Origin: a virus
Lineage: Duplodnaviria; Caudoviricetes
Strand: one strand, 5' to 3'
IMG/VR virus record: IMGVR_UViG_3300030330_005091
Coordinates: 32,001-96,000 of that record
DNA: 64,000 nucleotides
In this document: piece after piece, positions 20,290-29,819 of the stretch
How the letters are laid out: every line of letters starts with the position of its first letter
Numbering within the stretch: position 1 is the first letter of the stretch
The notes under the pieces: generated by a model
Told to the model about the DNA's origin: nothing
Databases searched by the model: none
Seen by the model: the letters and a program-made list of their open reading frames with translations, nothing else
Position numbers and translations under genes: made by a program

Positions 20290-20983
20290 TGTTTTCTTCG
20301 GAATAAAGTTCTAAAATTTTATTATAAAGTTGTGGACTTATTTTTTTCAAATATCCATGTTCATTAGGATTCATAAAAAAATCAGTGAATCCGGTTGCAA
20401 AATATTCCCTAAGTGAAGTTGGTGCATAAGCACTTATAAACACACCGGAGGATAAAGTATGTAATTTGTCATATCCTACTTTTTTGTAAAGAAAGTCATC
20501 AAACTCAGAATCATAATCCACATTTTTAAAAAATGATTTTGGTGTTTTGTATCCTAATTTCCATAAAATATCATGTAAAAAAACTCTTTTTTGTAAAAAT
20601 TCGTTTTTTACCTTTGAATCACCGTAAATAAGCATACCATACGGAGCTTCTAAAGAATGAGAAATTTCATGAACTATATCATCTACCATATCTTCTTCGT
20701 TGTCTTGTATATTTGAAACGTATACTGCTCCACCATCATAAAATGCATTTATATCTCTTTTTTCAAATTCATCAAAGTGGCCAATCACAATCATTTCCAC
20801 TTCAGCACATAAGTGGGCTGGTAGCATAGACTCTACTTTCGATAATACAGATTCCGCATCAACGTTTTTATTTTGTAAGTTATCTTTAAAATATACATGA
20901 AGACCGCGGGGTGTGTAAAAATCAGTCATTTGGTTCTGAATTTTGCTCTGCTTCTCTCTCAATTGTTTTATATGCATCGTCAA
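20276..20983 (-). CDS. zinc metallopeptidase-like protein
   Basis: HEISH plus downstream REYFA. Confidence 0.6.
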   Translation of the reverse strand: MTMHIKQLREKQSKIQNQMTDFYTPRGLHVYFKDNLQNKNVDAESVLSKVESMLPAHLCAEVEMIVIGHFDEFEKRDINAFYDGGAVYVSNIQDNEEDMVDDIVHEISHSLEAPYGMLIYGDSKVKNEFLQKRVFLHDILWKLGYKTPKSFFKNVDYDSEFDDFLYKKVGYDKLHTLSSGVFISAYAPTSLREYFATGFTDFFMNPNEHGYLKKISPQLYNKILELYSEENIDNY

Positions 20984-21218
20984 TACCTAATTGATATCCT
21001 CTTAAAAAATTTTCTTCAGCAAAAGCAAATACAAATTCTGGAAACTCCACGGCCATAACTTCAGCTATCATATTTACAGTGACTTCTTCTTTATCCATTT
21101 TTGTTCCTACAAACTCTACAAGATAGTCCTTAAGTTCAGAATCACCTTTTTCGGCAGTCATAGCGAGCATTGGATTTTCATGTGCTTCAGTTTCACTGAT
21201 TATTTTTTGTTCACTCAT
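20922..21218 (-). CDS. hypothetical protein
   Basis: 98 aa, AAGGAG SD. Confidence 0.7.
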   Translation of the reverse strand: MSEQKIISETEAHENPMLAMTAEKGDSELKDYLVEFVGTKMDKEEVTVNMIAEVMAVEFPEFVFAFAEENFLRGYQLGIDDAYKTIEREAEQNSEPND

Positions 21219-21269
21219 GTTGTTTTACTCCTTAAACATTAATATAAACTAAAAATTAATTTTTGTTTA

Positions 21270-22604
21270 CTATAAAACTTTTGATGCTAATGTAGCCAGT
21301 TCTGATCTTTCACCTTTTCTAAAGGTAACATGGCCGGCGATTGCATATTCTTTAAAATTTTCTATAGCATGGGCCAAACCATTTGACGTTTCATTAACAT
21401 ATACATTGTCTATTTGCTCAATATCGCCAGTCAAAACTATTTTTGTTCCTTCACCAATACGTGTAATTATAGTTTTAATTTCATGTTTTGTCAAGTTTTG
21501 CGCCTCATCAATTACAATAAAAGCATTGGCTATTGATCTACCTCTTATGTATGTTAAGGCTTCAATTTCAATTTTTCCTTTCTCCATATACATTTCAAGA
21601 GATGTGCGGTCTCCCATCAGAAATTTTAAATTATCTTGAATAGGCATTAACCAAGGTAGCATTTTTTCTTCCATTGTTCCTGGTAAAAAACCTATATCTT
21701 TACCAAGTGGTTGCACCGGCCTTGACACAATCAATCTAGAGTAATGATTATCGTCTGTTCGTAATCCTATCGTTTGTTGGAGGCCGGCAGCAATAGCTAA
21801 CAATGTTTTTCCAGAGCCGGCTCGACCAACCAAAGATACAATTTTAATGTTTGGATCCATTAACATATCAATTGCGAAGGCCTGTTCTTTATTTCTTGCT
21901 TCAATTTTCCAATCAGGCAAGTTCTTATGCACGATATTTTTTAAAGGCTCGTGGTGAGTTTTAAAGCGCGCTAAGGCTGATTTTTTGTCATTAGCATTGG
22001 ATACCATCATAATATATTGGTTTGGATACCATATTCGATCAATTTCGTCTTCGTCAATTGATATTTCTTCGCCCCCATAATATCTATCAATTAGTTGATC
22101 ATCGACTGATTGTATTACAAAACCATTATAAAGTTCTTCAGAAGTAGAAACAGCTCGTTCCGACACATAATCTTCAGCTTTCAAGCCTATAGAATCACAT
22201 ATAACACGCATATTGATATCACGAGATACCATAATTGTTTTTCTGTTTTCACAATTCATTTGAATTGTTTTAGCGGTGGCAATAATTGTGTGATCTGGTA
22301 ATCTAATATCTAAATCGGGCGGAAATATCACTTCTTTCATTGACGAGTAAGATACTACTTTTACAATCCCATATCCTTTATCGATTCTAATGCCTTTTTC
22401 TAAGTTTCCTTTTGTTCTTAACTCATCAAGGATTCTAATAAACTGCCTAGCATTAGACCCTACAGAGTCTTGTCTTTTTTTATGATTATCTACCTCTTCT
22501 AAAACTTTTAGAGGTATAAAAATATCATGATTTTCAAACTTATATAGAGCATTTGCATCAGTTAAATAAACGCTCGTATCTAAAACATAATTTTTTTTAG
22601 CCAT
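21270..22604 (-). CDS. phoH: PIN-domain + PhoH ATPase (PhoH2/YlaK type)
   Basis: YVLDTSV PIN start; GRAGSGKT, IGFLPG, IRGRS, IDEAQN, TGDIEQID. Confidence 0.93.
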   Translation of the reverse strand: MAKKNYVLDTSVYLTDANALYKFENHDIFIPLKVLEEVDNHKKRQDSVGSNARQFIRILDELRTKGNLEKGIRIDKGYGIVKVVSYSSMKEVIFPPDLDIRLPDHTIIATAKTIQMNCENRKTIMVSRDINMRVICDSIGLKAEDYVSERAVSTSEELYNGFVIQSVDDQLIDRYYGGEEISIDEDEIDRIWYPNQYIMMVSNANDKKSALARFKTHHEPLKNIVHKNLPDWKIEARNKEQAFAIDMLMDPNIKIVSLVGRAGSGKTLLAIAAGLQQTIGLRTDDNHYSRLIVSRPVQPLGKDIGFLPGTMEEKMLPWLMPIQDNLKFLMGDRTSLEMYMEKGKIEIEALTYIRGRSIANAFIVIDEAQNLTKHEIKTIITRIGEGTKIVLTGDIEQIDNVYVNETSNGLAHAIENFKEYAIAGHVTFRKGERSELATLASKVL

Positions 22605-22648
22605 GTGGCCTCTGCTTTCAAAAATAAGTAGTTGGTTAGTGCTATTCA

Positions 22649-22858
22649 CTAACTATTTTTTAAGGATTTATGACGTGTTGCTATAGCAATTTCTATTTCT
22701 TCAGTTGGTAGATCTAAAGAATCTTTAACCTCCCATAGGGCTTTTTCGATTTCATCTGTGTATTCTATTTCATCATCGACTTCCACTTCAAAAACATTGG
22801 ATTCTTGCTTGAAATAATTAACACGATTTTTAATTACATTATAAAAATTATTAAACAT
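22649..22858 (-). CDS. hypothetical protein
   Basis: AAGGTG SD, late-type motif at 22885. Confidence 0.55.
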   Translation of the reverse strand: MFNNFYNVIKNRVNYFKQESNVFEVEVDDEIEYTDEIEKALWEVKDSLDLPTEEIEIAIATRHKSLKNS

Positions 22859-22901
22859 GTTCACCTTACTTTTATCAAGTGTCTTAAATAGTTTAATAAT
22901 T

Positions 22902-23150
22902 TTATCTATGCTTTTTTTTAATTATTTGCCAATCAAATACAAACACAATTGGCTTTTCATTTTTTTTGTATGGCACACTTTTTTTTCGCAAAGCGTCAAC
23001 ATCTTTTTTGTATATTATAATAGCATCCCAGCCATCAGCATCCCAACCTTTTTTAGAAGTTATTCTTTTTTTTAATTTTACGTGAATATTTGGGCCAGCA
23101 AATGATTTAACTAATATTACATCACCAACTTTGTATTTTGATTTTTTCAT
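22902..23150 (-). CDS. small SH3/KOW-like protein
   Basis: YKVGDVILV. Confidence 0.55.
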   Translation of the reverse strand: MKKSKYKVGDVILVKSFAGPNIHVKLKKRITSKKGWDADGWDAIIIYKKDVDALRKKSVPYKKNEKPIVFVFDWQIIKKKHR

Positions 23151-23157
23151 TTGTAAG

Positions 23158-23233
23158 TGGAGCCGCCTATCAGACTTGAACTGATGACCTACGGTTTACA
23201 AAACCGTTGCTCTACCAACTGAGCTAAGGCGGC
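23158..23233 (-). tRNA. tRNA-Thr(UGU)
   Basis: 76-nt cloverleaf, ACGGT-TTTGTAA-ACCGT anticodon arm, encoded CCA. Confidence 0.95.
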
Positions 23234-23382
23234 GTTATTTTTTCTGTTGTGTTTTCAAGCTTTTGTTGAATCTCAAAAATTGATTGTCCATGCGGTATAA
23301 GATGTGATAAAAACCAAAGATAAACCATCATACCTATCAATACTGACATAAAAGCTTGTAATACTAAATCGCCTACATCCAT
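23224..23382 (-). CDS. small membrane protein
   Basis: MDVGDLVLQAFMSVLIG... one TM helix; the upstream extension in the ORF track is tRNA sequence. Confidence 0.5.
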   Translation of the reverse strand: MDVGDLVLQAFMSVLIGMMVYLWFLSHLIPHGQSIFEIQQKLENTTEKITPP

Positions 23383-23394
23383 ATAGTAGGTAGG

Positions 23395-23487
23395 CTGGAG
23401 GGGAAGGATTCGAACCTTCAAGGTGAACTTTCGTAAATCACCGCCCGGGAAACAGCCGGGTGCGTTTGCCAATTCCGCCACCCCCCA
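23395..23487 (-). tRNA. atypical long-variable-arm tRNA with GUU (Asn) anticodon
   Basis: 7-bp acceptor U1-A72, G73; D-arm GCGGAATTGGCAAACGC; CCCGG-CTGTTTC-CCGGG; GGTGA...TCACC variable stem; GAAGG-TTCGAAT-CCTTC. Confidence 0.8.
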
Positions 23488-23595
23488 AAAATAAAACCGG
23501 TTTTCTGTCTAGAACTAGGATAACCGAAAACCTTTGCCTACGTGACGATCGGCAACCACGTTCCGCTTATAATGCGAGCAGAACAGCGCAGAAGA

Positions 23596-23658
23596 TTATT
23601 TGCAGCAGCAATCACACTCACAAGGTGCAATGCAACCGCAACAGTTACATTTTTTCAT
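23596..23658 (-). CDS. 20-aa Cys-rich (metallothionein-like) peptide
   Basis: GGAGG SD; MKKCNCCGCIAPCECDCCCK. Confidence 0.6.
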   Translation of the reverse strand: MKKCNCCGCIAPCECDCCCK

Positions 23659-23687
23659 GATTAACCCTCCCACAATAGATAGACCAG

Positions 23688-24164
23688 TTACGCATCAAAT
23701 GTAAGAGTTCCGTTATCAGTTTCTACAGAAACACTCCAACCTGAAATAAAAGGCATTACTTTCATAAAATTTTCATATGGAATTTGAACTTCAGCTGTAA
23801 GAGTAGTGAATCCACGTTTATGGTCATACTTTTCTGTTGAGTATTCAATTAATTCAACATCGTAAAAATTTTCAGTAATTGTATTTGCAAGATATTCTTC
23901 GAATTCATAACTTCCTCTTTCATAATCCTCAAGATAATCTTCAGAGCGAAGATGTTCAATTACATTTCCTTGCCATCGAGTTCTTACATCAAGCCCTGAT
24001 TGTGCTATAAGTGACGCAAATTCACTAACTACCGATGTTTCAGATAAAGCAGTTTCAATTTCTGTTTCGTTAAAATGAAACACATCTGCACCTTCTTCGT
24101 AGCGAAGATTAATCATAGCATTATTGGTCAAATTTAATGATTGTAGCCGCTCTATTGTGTTCAT
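23688..24164 (-). CDS. acidic hypothetical protein
   Basis: GGAGG SD before MNTIERL. Confidence 0.7.
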   Translation of the reverse strand: MNTIERLQSLNLTNNAMINLRYEEGADVFHFNETEIETALSETSVVSEFASLIAQSGLDVRTRWQGNVIEHLRSEDYLEDYERGSYEFEEYLANTITENFYDVELIEYSTEKYDHKRGFTTLTAEVQIPYENFMKVMPFISGWSVSVETDNGTLTFDA

Positions 24165-24165
24165 G

Positions 24166-24342
24166 TTATCTTCCTCCAGAATTGCTGCCATCAACGCGCT
24201 CAGTTAGATATTTTACATCGCCAGCAACAGATGTTTTAAACTCTCTCAACTCATTTTGAAGAATATAAATCTGATCAACAAGTTGATTTACTCTTGCTTG
24301 CAATTGTTCTGTTTGTTTTGTTAGTTGTGTTGTTGTAGCCAT
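24166..24342 (-). CDS. small coiled-coil protein (not in ORF track)
   Basis: AAGGAG SD; MATTTQLTKQTEQLQARVNQLVDQ..., 58 aa. Confidence 0.65.
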   Translation of the reverse strand: MATTTQLTKQTEQLQARVNQLVDQIYILQNELREFKTSVAGDVKYLTERVDGSNSGGR

Positions 24343-24382
24343 TGGCTTCTCCTTTTGTTTAATATTATAATTTTAATTAATG

Positions 24383-24459
24383 TGGCTGCCCCTCGCGGAC
24401 TCGAACCGCGGACCCGCTGATTAACAGTCAGCTGCTCTAACCAACTGAGCTAAGGGGCA
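24383..24459 (-). tRNA. tRNA-Asn(GUU)
   Basis: Canonical 77-nt cloverleaf, GCTGA-CTGTTAA-TCAGC, U1-A72, G73, CCA. Confidence 0.96.
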
Positions 24460-24960
24460 CTACCATAAATAATTTTTCCAAAGTTCACTAATTTGATTTT
24501 TGCTTACCGTTCTTAAGATATTTGCTTTTGGTCTAATTGGCATCTTTAATGGTATCATACCAGATTCTTTAGTAGTTCTGCAGCCTTTTTTTTGATTACA
24601 CTTCATACAAGACGCTACTAAATTTTCCCAAGTGTTTTTTCCGCCTTTTGATTTTGGTAAAACATGGTCCATTGTAAGTTTATCAGTCGGAAAATAATTT
24701 GCGCAATATTGACATTGATTGTTATCTCTCCACACAATGTTTGCCCTATTACATGCAACAGTAGTAAATCTAAATTTTACTATAGTCTTTAATACTATCA
24801 CGGCTGGTAAATTAAAAGCATTAGATGGTGATCTAATTTTTTTATCATATGTCTCTACTGGTGTGGCTTTTCCAACTATACACATCACTAATGCTTCCAG
24901 AGCATCAATAACTTCTATTGGTCTATACGACGCGTCTAACTTTAAAGCCATCATGTCCAT
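24460..24960 (-). CDS. HNH endonuclease (McrA-like)
   Basis: RDNNQCQYC, TMDHVLPKSKGG, WENLVASCMKCNQKK. Confidence 0.93.
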   Translation of the reverse strand: MDMMALKLDASYRPIEVIDALEALVMCIVGKATPVETYDKKIRSPSNAFNLPAVIVLKTIVKFRFTTVACNRANIVWRDNNQCQYCANYFPTDKLTMDHVLPKSKGGKNTWENLVASCMKCNQKKGCRTTKESGMIPLKMPIRPKANILRTVSKNQISELWKNYLW

Positions 24961-24994
24961 CTATTTTAACTAGATTGGTTACGGTTGTCAAGTA

Positions 24995-25483
24995 TTATCT
25001 TTCAGAATGTTGTCCTGTTGAACGAACTGGTGGCACATCAAAATCTCTAACTTTTTTGGCTAAGTCGGAAGAACTATCAACTTTTTCTTCTCCGCCAACA
25101 CCCCACAATAATTCAATTTTTAGTTCTTCGCATACTGATTGTTCTGGGGTATTTGAACGCCCTCTGTCACCACCGTTTGCAAAGTAGGTCGGCCTTAGTC
25201 TTCGTATAGCTTCGCATACTGTTCCATCAGAATCATCTACAGAATCAACAAGAACAACTCCCTTTATAGCATTTAAGATTTCTACTCTTCTTTCCCATTC
25301 CATAAAAACAAAACCTTTTTTACGAAAAAGCCAATCATCTGAATTAGCTATAACTATTACATCTCCATATTGTGCCGCATGTCTAATCATGCGAATATGT
25401 CCAGCATGCACAGGATCAAAACCTCCAGATACCATTACGGTAGGTCTTTCTTTAGTCATAATAATTTCCTTATTTTTTGCCAC
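24995..25483 (-). CDS. cytidylyltransferase-like protein (TagD/RfaE-II family)
   Basis: SGGFDPVHAGH, NSD, FANGGDR. Confidence 0.88.
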   Translation of the reverse strand: MAKNKEIIMTKERPTVMVSGGFDPVHAGHIRMIRHAAQYGDVIVIANSDDWLFRKKGFVFMEWERRVEILNAIKGVVLVDSVDDSDGTVCEAIRRLRPTYFANGGDRGRSNTPEQSVCEELKIELLWGVGGEEKVDSSSDLAKKVRDFDVPPVRSTGQHSER

Positions 25484-25486
25484 TTC

Positions 25487-25738
25487 TTAGTGGTAGGTTG
25501 TGTCATTTTTACTCCATTTTTTAATATATGCTTGAGTTCTTGGATCCCAAATTAAATTAGCTTGAGACATTTTATGAGTGTAAAAGTCTCTTGGGCTCAT
25601 GTTATCTAATATTGATTGTATCTCATTATTTTGATTTTGTATTACATTATTTAATTTTTTTTCACTGCTTCTATACAATAAAGCAAACAAAAAATAAAAC
25701 AACCCCAACAACCCAATAGTATAAAAGAATATCTCCAT
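25487..25738 (-). CDS. membrane-anchored hypothetical protein
   Basis: N-terminal TM helix. Confidence 0.55.
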   Translation of the reverse strand: MEIFFYTIGLLGLFYFLFALLYRSSEKKLNNVIQNQNNEIQSILDNMSPRDFYTHKMSQANLIWDPRTQAYIKKWSKNDTTYH

Positions 25739-25743
25739 TATAT

Positions 25744-26760
25744 TTATTCTCCAGTATCTGGCGGCGATGGAGTGTAAAGGTATCCTATTTCTACCAAATC
25801 ACCAGCGGACGGAATAACTGTAAAGTGCACTGTATTATCTGTGCTGGCATAATACCAATCGTGATTAAGGGTGCCGTTAATAAACACCCTAATTGACGAT
25901 GCATCATTGGGAGTGTGTGAGAGATTTAATTTCTCATACGGATCTATGGAGTGTGTAGCATCTGTTACGCCGGGCGCCCAGTCTTCATCACATATATCAA
26001 CCACAACCCCGCCAAGCGCATTAGTTGCATCCATATATCTGTCGCCAACATCTATTGGGTTTGGTGGAATACTACATAAAGAAGTGGTTGCTGGTTGATT
26101 AACTACGCTAGCTATAAAAACCGAGCCCATTCTTTGAGTTTGATACCAGTTTAAAAAGTCCGTATGTGATGGGTATTTAACATCACTTTGCTCTTCTTCA
26201 TCGGATACAAAAACAATTAGTAAGCCTGCATCTGGTCTTAGCCATGTTGACGCATATGGGTTATTGACAATGTATTCGTATACCGAATTAAAACCTTCTT
26301 CATATGGAGCCGATGTAAGAGTTGCTAACATATTTTCTGCATCTGTTACTGTGTCTCCAGGAACCAATGGAAATTCTGTGCTTGTTACTGAGCGAGTTGG
26401 ATCAGCACTAATCATGACTAATCGCCAATCGGATGTAGGCAAAGCTCCTAACATTGCCGAAACGCCAGCAATAAGTTCTGTATTGTATCTATACATTGAA
26501 CCCGAGCGGTCGATTACCCAAAGAATATCAATTCCATCAACCGACATTGGTTGTGTAAATGAATCAATCCATATTTCACCTTCATTTACTGGAATCTCAA
26601 CTTCTACATATACAGGAACTTCAACCTCTACTTCAACATACTCAGTTTCACCGGGCACTTCAATATACACTGTTTCGCCTTTTTCGCCAGTGACAATAGC
26701 ATAATCAGGCTGACTACAGCCAACTAGTAGACCTACCGCTATAAGCAGTTTTTTGATCAT
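25744..26760 (-). CDS. vWA-domain lipoprotein
   Basis: LLVG-C lipobox; DILWVIDRSGSM MIDAS; FVSDEEEQS. Confidence 0.82.
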   Translation of the reverse strand: MIKKLLIAVGLLVGCSQPDYAIVTGEKGETVYIEVPGETEYVEVEVEVPVYVEVEIPVNEGEIWIDSFTQPMSVDGIDILWVIDRSGSMYRYNTELIAGVSAMLGALPTSDWRLVMISADPTRSVTSTEFPLVPGDTVTDAENMLATLTSAPYEEGFNSVYEYIVNNPYASTWLRPDAGLLIVFVSDEEEQSDVKYPSHTDFLNWYQTQRMGSVFIASVVNQPATTSLCSIPPNPIDVGDRYMDATNALGGVVVDICDEDWAPGVTDATHSIDPYEKLNLSHTPNDASSIRVFINGTLNHDWYYASTDNTVHFTVIPSAGDLVEIGYLYTPSPPDTGE

Positions 26761-26776
26761 ATTGGTGCCTTCCCTA

Positions 26777-26980
26777 TTAATAGATAGGGTCTGGCAAAGG
26801 AAAAAGTTGGTGTTCTCTAACTTTTTTTATTTTTTGAGTTTTTTCTATGTATATCTTGTAATCATAAAAATAATCATCTTCCAGAGTATCTAATATCAAG
26901 ACTCTGAGTCTTTCATCTTTAAATAATTCTATATCTGGCAATGGGCAATAACCTACCCAGTCGTCAACTCTGTATTTCAT
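26777..26980 (-). CDS. small SH3-like protein
   Basis: MKYRVDDWV...KKVREHQLFP. Confidence 0.5.
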   Translation of the reverse strand: MKYRVDDWVGYCPLPDIELFKDERLRVLILDTLEDDYFYDYKIYIEKTQKIKKVREHQLFPLPDPIY

Positions 26981-27446
26981 CAGTAATGTGCTCGCTAACA
27001 ATTTCATAAAGATCACTTGGTCTCATATTAATCTTGTCATAAATATGCACAGAACTCCAATTTATCACACCACACAAAACTAAAGCATTGGTAATCCATT
27101 CGCTGCAATACCATTTCTTTTTTGATTTTACTTTAAATGGAGTAAACTGCGATAACAGCATACCCCACCAGTCGTAAACATTATCTTTGGTATTTTCATA
27201 AAACTGTATAATTGACGTATGCTGTTCTTCGGTGATGTCGATTGTAATAAAATCCCATTTTTCTAAATCAAAATCTGTTTTTAGTCTTTTAGCAACTTTT
27301 GATTCTAAAAAAGGGCTTATAGATATCCAAGTAAAATTATCGGGCATTACTAATTCGGCGTGACTGTATATACTTTTAGTCCACCACCGAATAATTTTAT
27401 GCTGCCAGCCATCGCCGCCTTTATAAAACGCCACTTTTATTTTCAT
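26964..27446 (-). CDS. permuted papain-like amidase (YiiX/YebB family)
   Basis: YSHAEL, YDW, WYCSEW. Confidence 0.75.
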   Translation of the reverse strand: MKIKVAFYKGGDGWQHKIIRWWTKSIYSHAELVMPDNFTWISISPFLESKVAKRLKTDFDLEKWDFITIDITEEQHTSIIQFYENTKDNVYDWWGMLLSQFTPFKVKSKKKWYCSEWITNALVLCGVINWSSVHIYDKINMRPSDLYEIVSEHITDEIQS

Positions 27447-27653
27447 CTTACCATAATACTACAAAAATAGTCTCCTACTAATAGTATCTATTTATTTTTT
27501 TGATTTGTGTCGTCAATTTTTACAAAAAGTTGTTTTCTTTTTAGTTTTCTCTTTTTTTCTATTAAATGCCAAGCATCTTCAAGCTGATCACTAAATGTTT
27601 TATCAATAATTTTTTGTTTATATTTTTTTGTTGGGGTTAGTATTTTTTTCAAT

Positions 27654-27911
27654 TTAAATCTCCTGTTCTACTTTAGATACTAATTCTACAAACGTTGCAG
27701 GTAATTGTTCAGTAGTTTTCCATTTGAACCAATACACTTCGAGACAATCATCATTATATGGAATCCATGGTCGCTGATCAAAAACAGATCTTTGTATGTT
27801 AGTGATAATACCATATAGGGGCTCATCTGATATATAAATCCACTCTCTTTCTCTAACAATGTCTCCAACGTTGTATTTTATATATTTTGTTTGCTGACCA
27901 CTTATAGTCAT
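27654..27911 (-). CDS. small SH3/KOW-like protein
   Basis: YNVGDIVRE..LYGII..VYW..VELVS; start corrected to exclude tmRNA. Confidence 0.6.
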   Translation of the reverse strand: MTISGQQTKYIKYNVGDIVREREWIYISDEPLYGIITNIQRSVFDQRPWIPYNDDCLEVYWFKWKTTEQLPATFVELVSKVEQEI

Positions 27912-27923
27912 ACCATAAGTAGA

Positions 27924-28255
27924 TGGTGGAGATGGCGGGAGTCGAACCCGCGTCCAAAATAATTCCAATTGTAGTCATTCACAAGCTTATTCAGTTTCTA
28001 TCACAAACTGACAAAGGTAGATGGTTTTAAAATATCGCTTACCATCCTGTTGCGATAAGTTTTTTGATTTTTACAACTTGTCTGTTGTTTTGATTAGATT
28101 GGATAGAAGGCTCTAATCAGCCTCCCTATTAAGCGGCTAAGCGCTGTTCGAAGTGATTGTTGTTGTTTGCAACTATTGTGTTTGAACTGTTAAGGTCGTA
28201 TCTAACCTACTTGCACTATTCCTTTTTATTACCTTGTCGAATCCAAGTCATCCCC
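27924..28255 (-). ncRNA. ssrA: tmRNA
   Basis: 5' GGGGATGA..GGATTCGAC; 3' GACGCGGGTTCGACTCCCGCCATCTCCACCA with G3-U wobble; tag ORF 28129-28170 ANNNNHFEQRLAA. Confidence 0.95.
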
Positions 28256-28457
28256 GAGATTTTTTAACTATAACACCTAAAGGTTCTGAGTTCTCAGCAT
28301 CTAACCAAATAAATGTTTCTTTTCCTTTTTTTACTTTTTCAGTATTTTTAAATTTTATACTTTTCTTTGCAGCTTTCAGAGCAGCTGCCTCTGTAGAATG
28401 TTTTGAGACTAGTTCACCCATAATATAGTGTCCGTCCCATTTGTAAACTCTCCACAT
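28248..28457 (-). CDS. small hypothetical protein
   Basis: AGGAGG SD, 69 aa. Confidence 0.65.
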   Translation of the reverse strand: MWRVYKWDGHYIMGELVSKHSTEAAALKAAKKSIKFKNTEKVKKGKETFIWLDAENSEPLGVIVKKSRG

Positions 28458-28583
28458 ATTCCCTCCTAAATTAAAAAGCCAGTGCAGTTCTCTTGCTCCC
28501 TGCCTGCTATCCTATAGTTTTGTTTGTTTTAAACTCCACGCTTCGGAGGCACACTAATAGGCATGGTGCCCCACGTTACCATA

Positions 28584-28612
28584 AGTATACTGGCTTTACT
28601 TTCGAATGTCAA
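28584..28612 (-). promoter_or_regulatory. sigma70-like promoter TTGACA-N17-TATACT upstream of tmRNA unit
   Basis: Hexamers and spacing read directly. Confidence 0.7.
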
Positions 28613-28941
28613 ATATCAATATCAAGTTTTTTGCATGCTATTTTAAACTCACCGTATGTTAAGCCAAGAAATCTAGCAGCATTTTTTTTAGAGTTAGTTG
28701 TTGAAATTGCAAATTTAAGTAGAGCGTCTTTTACAATATATACTGAATTACGCCATATATCTAAACCGTAAAGTCTATTATTTACGTGATTACATGCAAG
28801 TTCTAATTTTACAGCTATCAAGTTTTCTAAACTAATAGAATTGATAGCTACTATGGTTTGATCAGTTAGTAAGTTTTGATCTTTTAAGTTAGTTATTATG
28901 CTAGTGTTACTAGTAGTTGATCTTTTATCTTTAGCTTTCAT
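28609..28941 (-). CDS. Fis-type HTH protein
   Basis: C-terminal ALLKFAI..TNSKKNAARFLGL...KKLDI. Confidence 0.65.
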   Translation of the reverse strand: MKAKDKRSTTSNTSIITNLKDQNLLTDQTIVAINSISLENLIAVKLELACNHVNNRLYGLDIWRNSVYIVKDALLKFAISTTNSKKNAARFLGLTYGEFKIACKKLDIDI

Positions 28942-28976
28942 AACTATCACTAACTATCACATGCCAGCACAACTTT

Positions 28977-29005
28977 AGTTTAATGTTGGTTTGGCATTTT
29001 GTCAA
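28977..29005 (-). promoter_or_regulatory. sigma70-like promoter TTGACA-N17-TAAACT
   Basis: Hexamers and spacing; followed by tandem 10-mer GTGATAGTTA x2 (28941-28960). Confidence 0.6.
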
Positions 29006-29018
29006 GTACTTTTTTTAA

Positions 29019-29819
29019 TTAAATTTCTAAATCAAACTGATCACCAGCTTGTGAAGTTTCATCAGCGTCTTTTTTGGCCATGCTATATGCTTGATTAGTA
29101 GGTTCTTCAACATCTCCAGATAATTCACCCTCAAACTTATCAAAATAAAGCTTTAGATTAGCAATAATATAATCATAAAACAATTCTTGATCATTTGGAT
29201 CACCAAGCAACTCATATGAATCAATTATCGAAGTTTCAATTTTTTTGAACGATTGATAAGCCATATTTCTACCAGTTTCGTCACCATCTACATTTGCGCC
29301 AAACGTGTCACGTGGATCTGGTTCATTATCCTCTTCTTCAGCTTTTTTCTCAGCATCTGTTCGTATATCAATAAACTTGTCATTATCGGGATTATCATCA
29401 CCAATTTGCACGTCAATATCTTCTTCAATATCTAAATCAATTTCTTGCAAGTCAGTAGCATCTTCCGCGGCTGCATCATTATTAGCCTGAGCGGGAGTGA
29501 GAGTATTGACTACAGCGTTGATAATATGTGCTCGAAAAGATTGTCTTTGTTCAGAATTAGTTGTTAAAGACTTGTAATCAGTTTCTAAAACTGGTATAAT
29601 CTTTTTAAGAAGTTCTTCTAGCACGTTAATGCCAGTCGACTTATTGGGGGTTGGATCTACATCTGGCGTAGAAGCTTCCATAATCATTGCTTTTAATTCA
29701 TGTTGAACTAAAGTGCCAACAAGTTTCTCCATTTTTTTGTCTTCAGACAGTTTTTTAGCCTTGACATGTTGTATTAAACGTCTTATATTACTTCTTAGAA
29801 TTTTCTCTTCTTGATTCAT
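29019..29819 (-). CDS. acidic hypothetical protein (possible head protein)
   Basis: 266-aa ORF, coupled to upstream gene. Confidence 0.65.
   Translation of the reverse strand: MNQEEKILRSNIRRLIQHVKAKKLSEDKKMEKLVGTLVQHELKAMIMEASTPDVDPTPNKSTGINVLEELLKKIIPVLETDYKSLTTNSEQRQSFRAHIINAVVNTLTPAQANNDAAAEDATDLQEIDLDIEEDIDVQIGDDNPDNDKFIDIRTDAEKKAEEEDNEPDPRDTFGANVDGDETGRNMAYQSFKKIETSIIDSYELLGDPNDQELFYDYIIANLKLYFDKFEGELSGDVEEPTNQAYSMAKKDADETSQAGDQFDLEI

Noticed and set aside
23383-23481. N-terminal part of track ORF 23224-23481
   Set aside because: Overlaps the atypical tRNA; the plausible start is 23382
27912-27968. N-terminal part of track ORF 27654-27968
   Set aside because: Is the tmRNA 3' end
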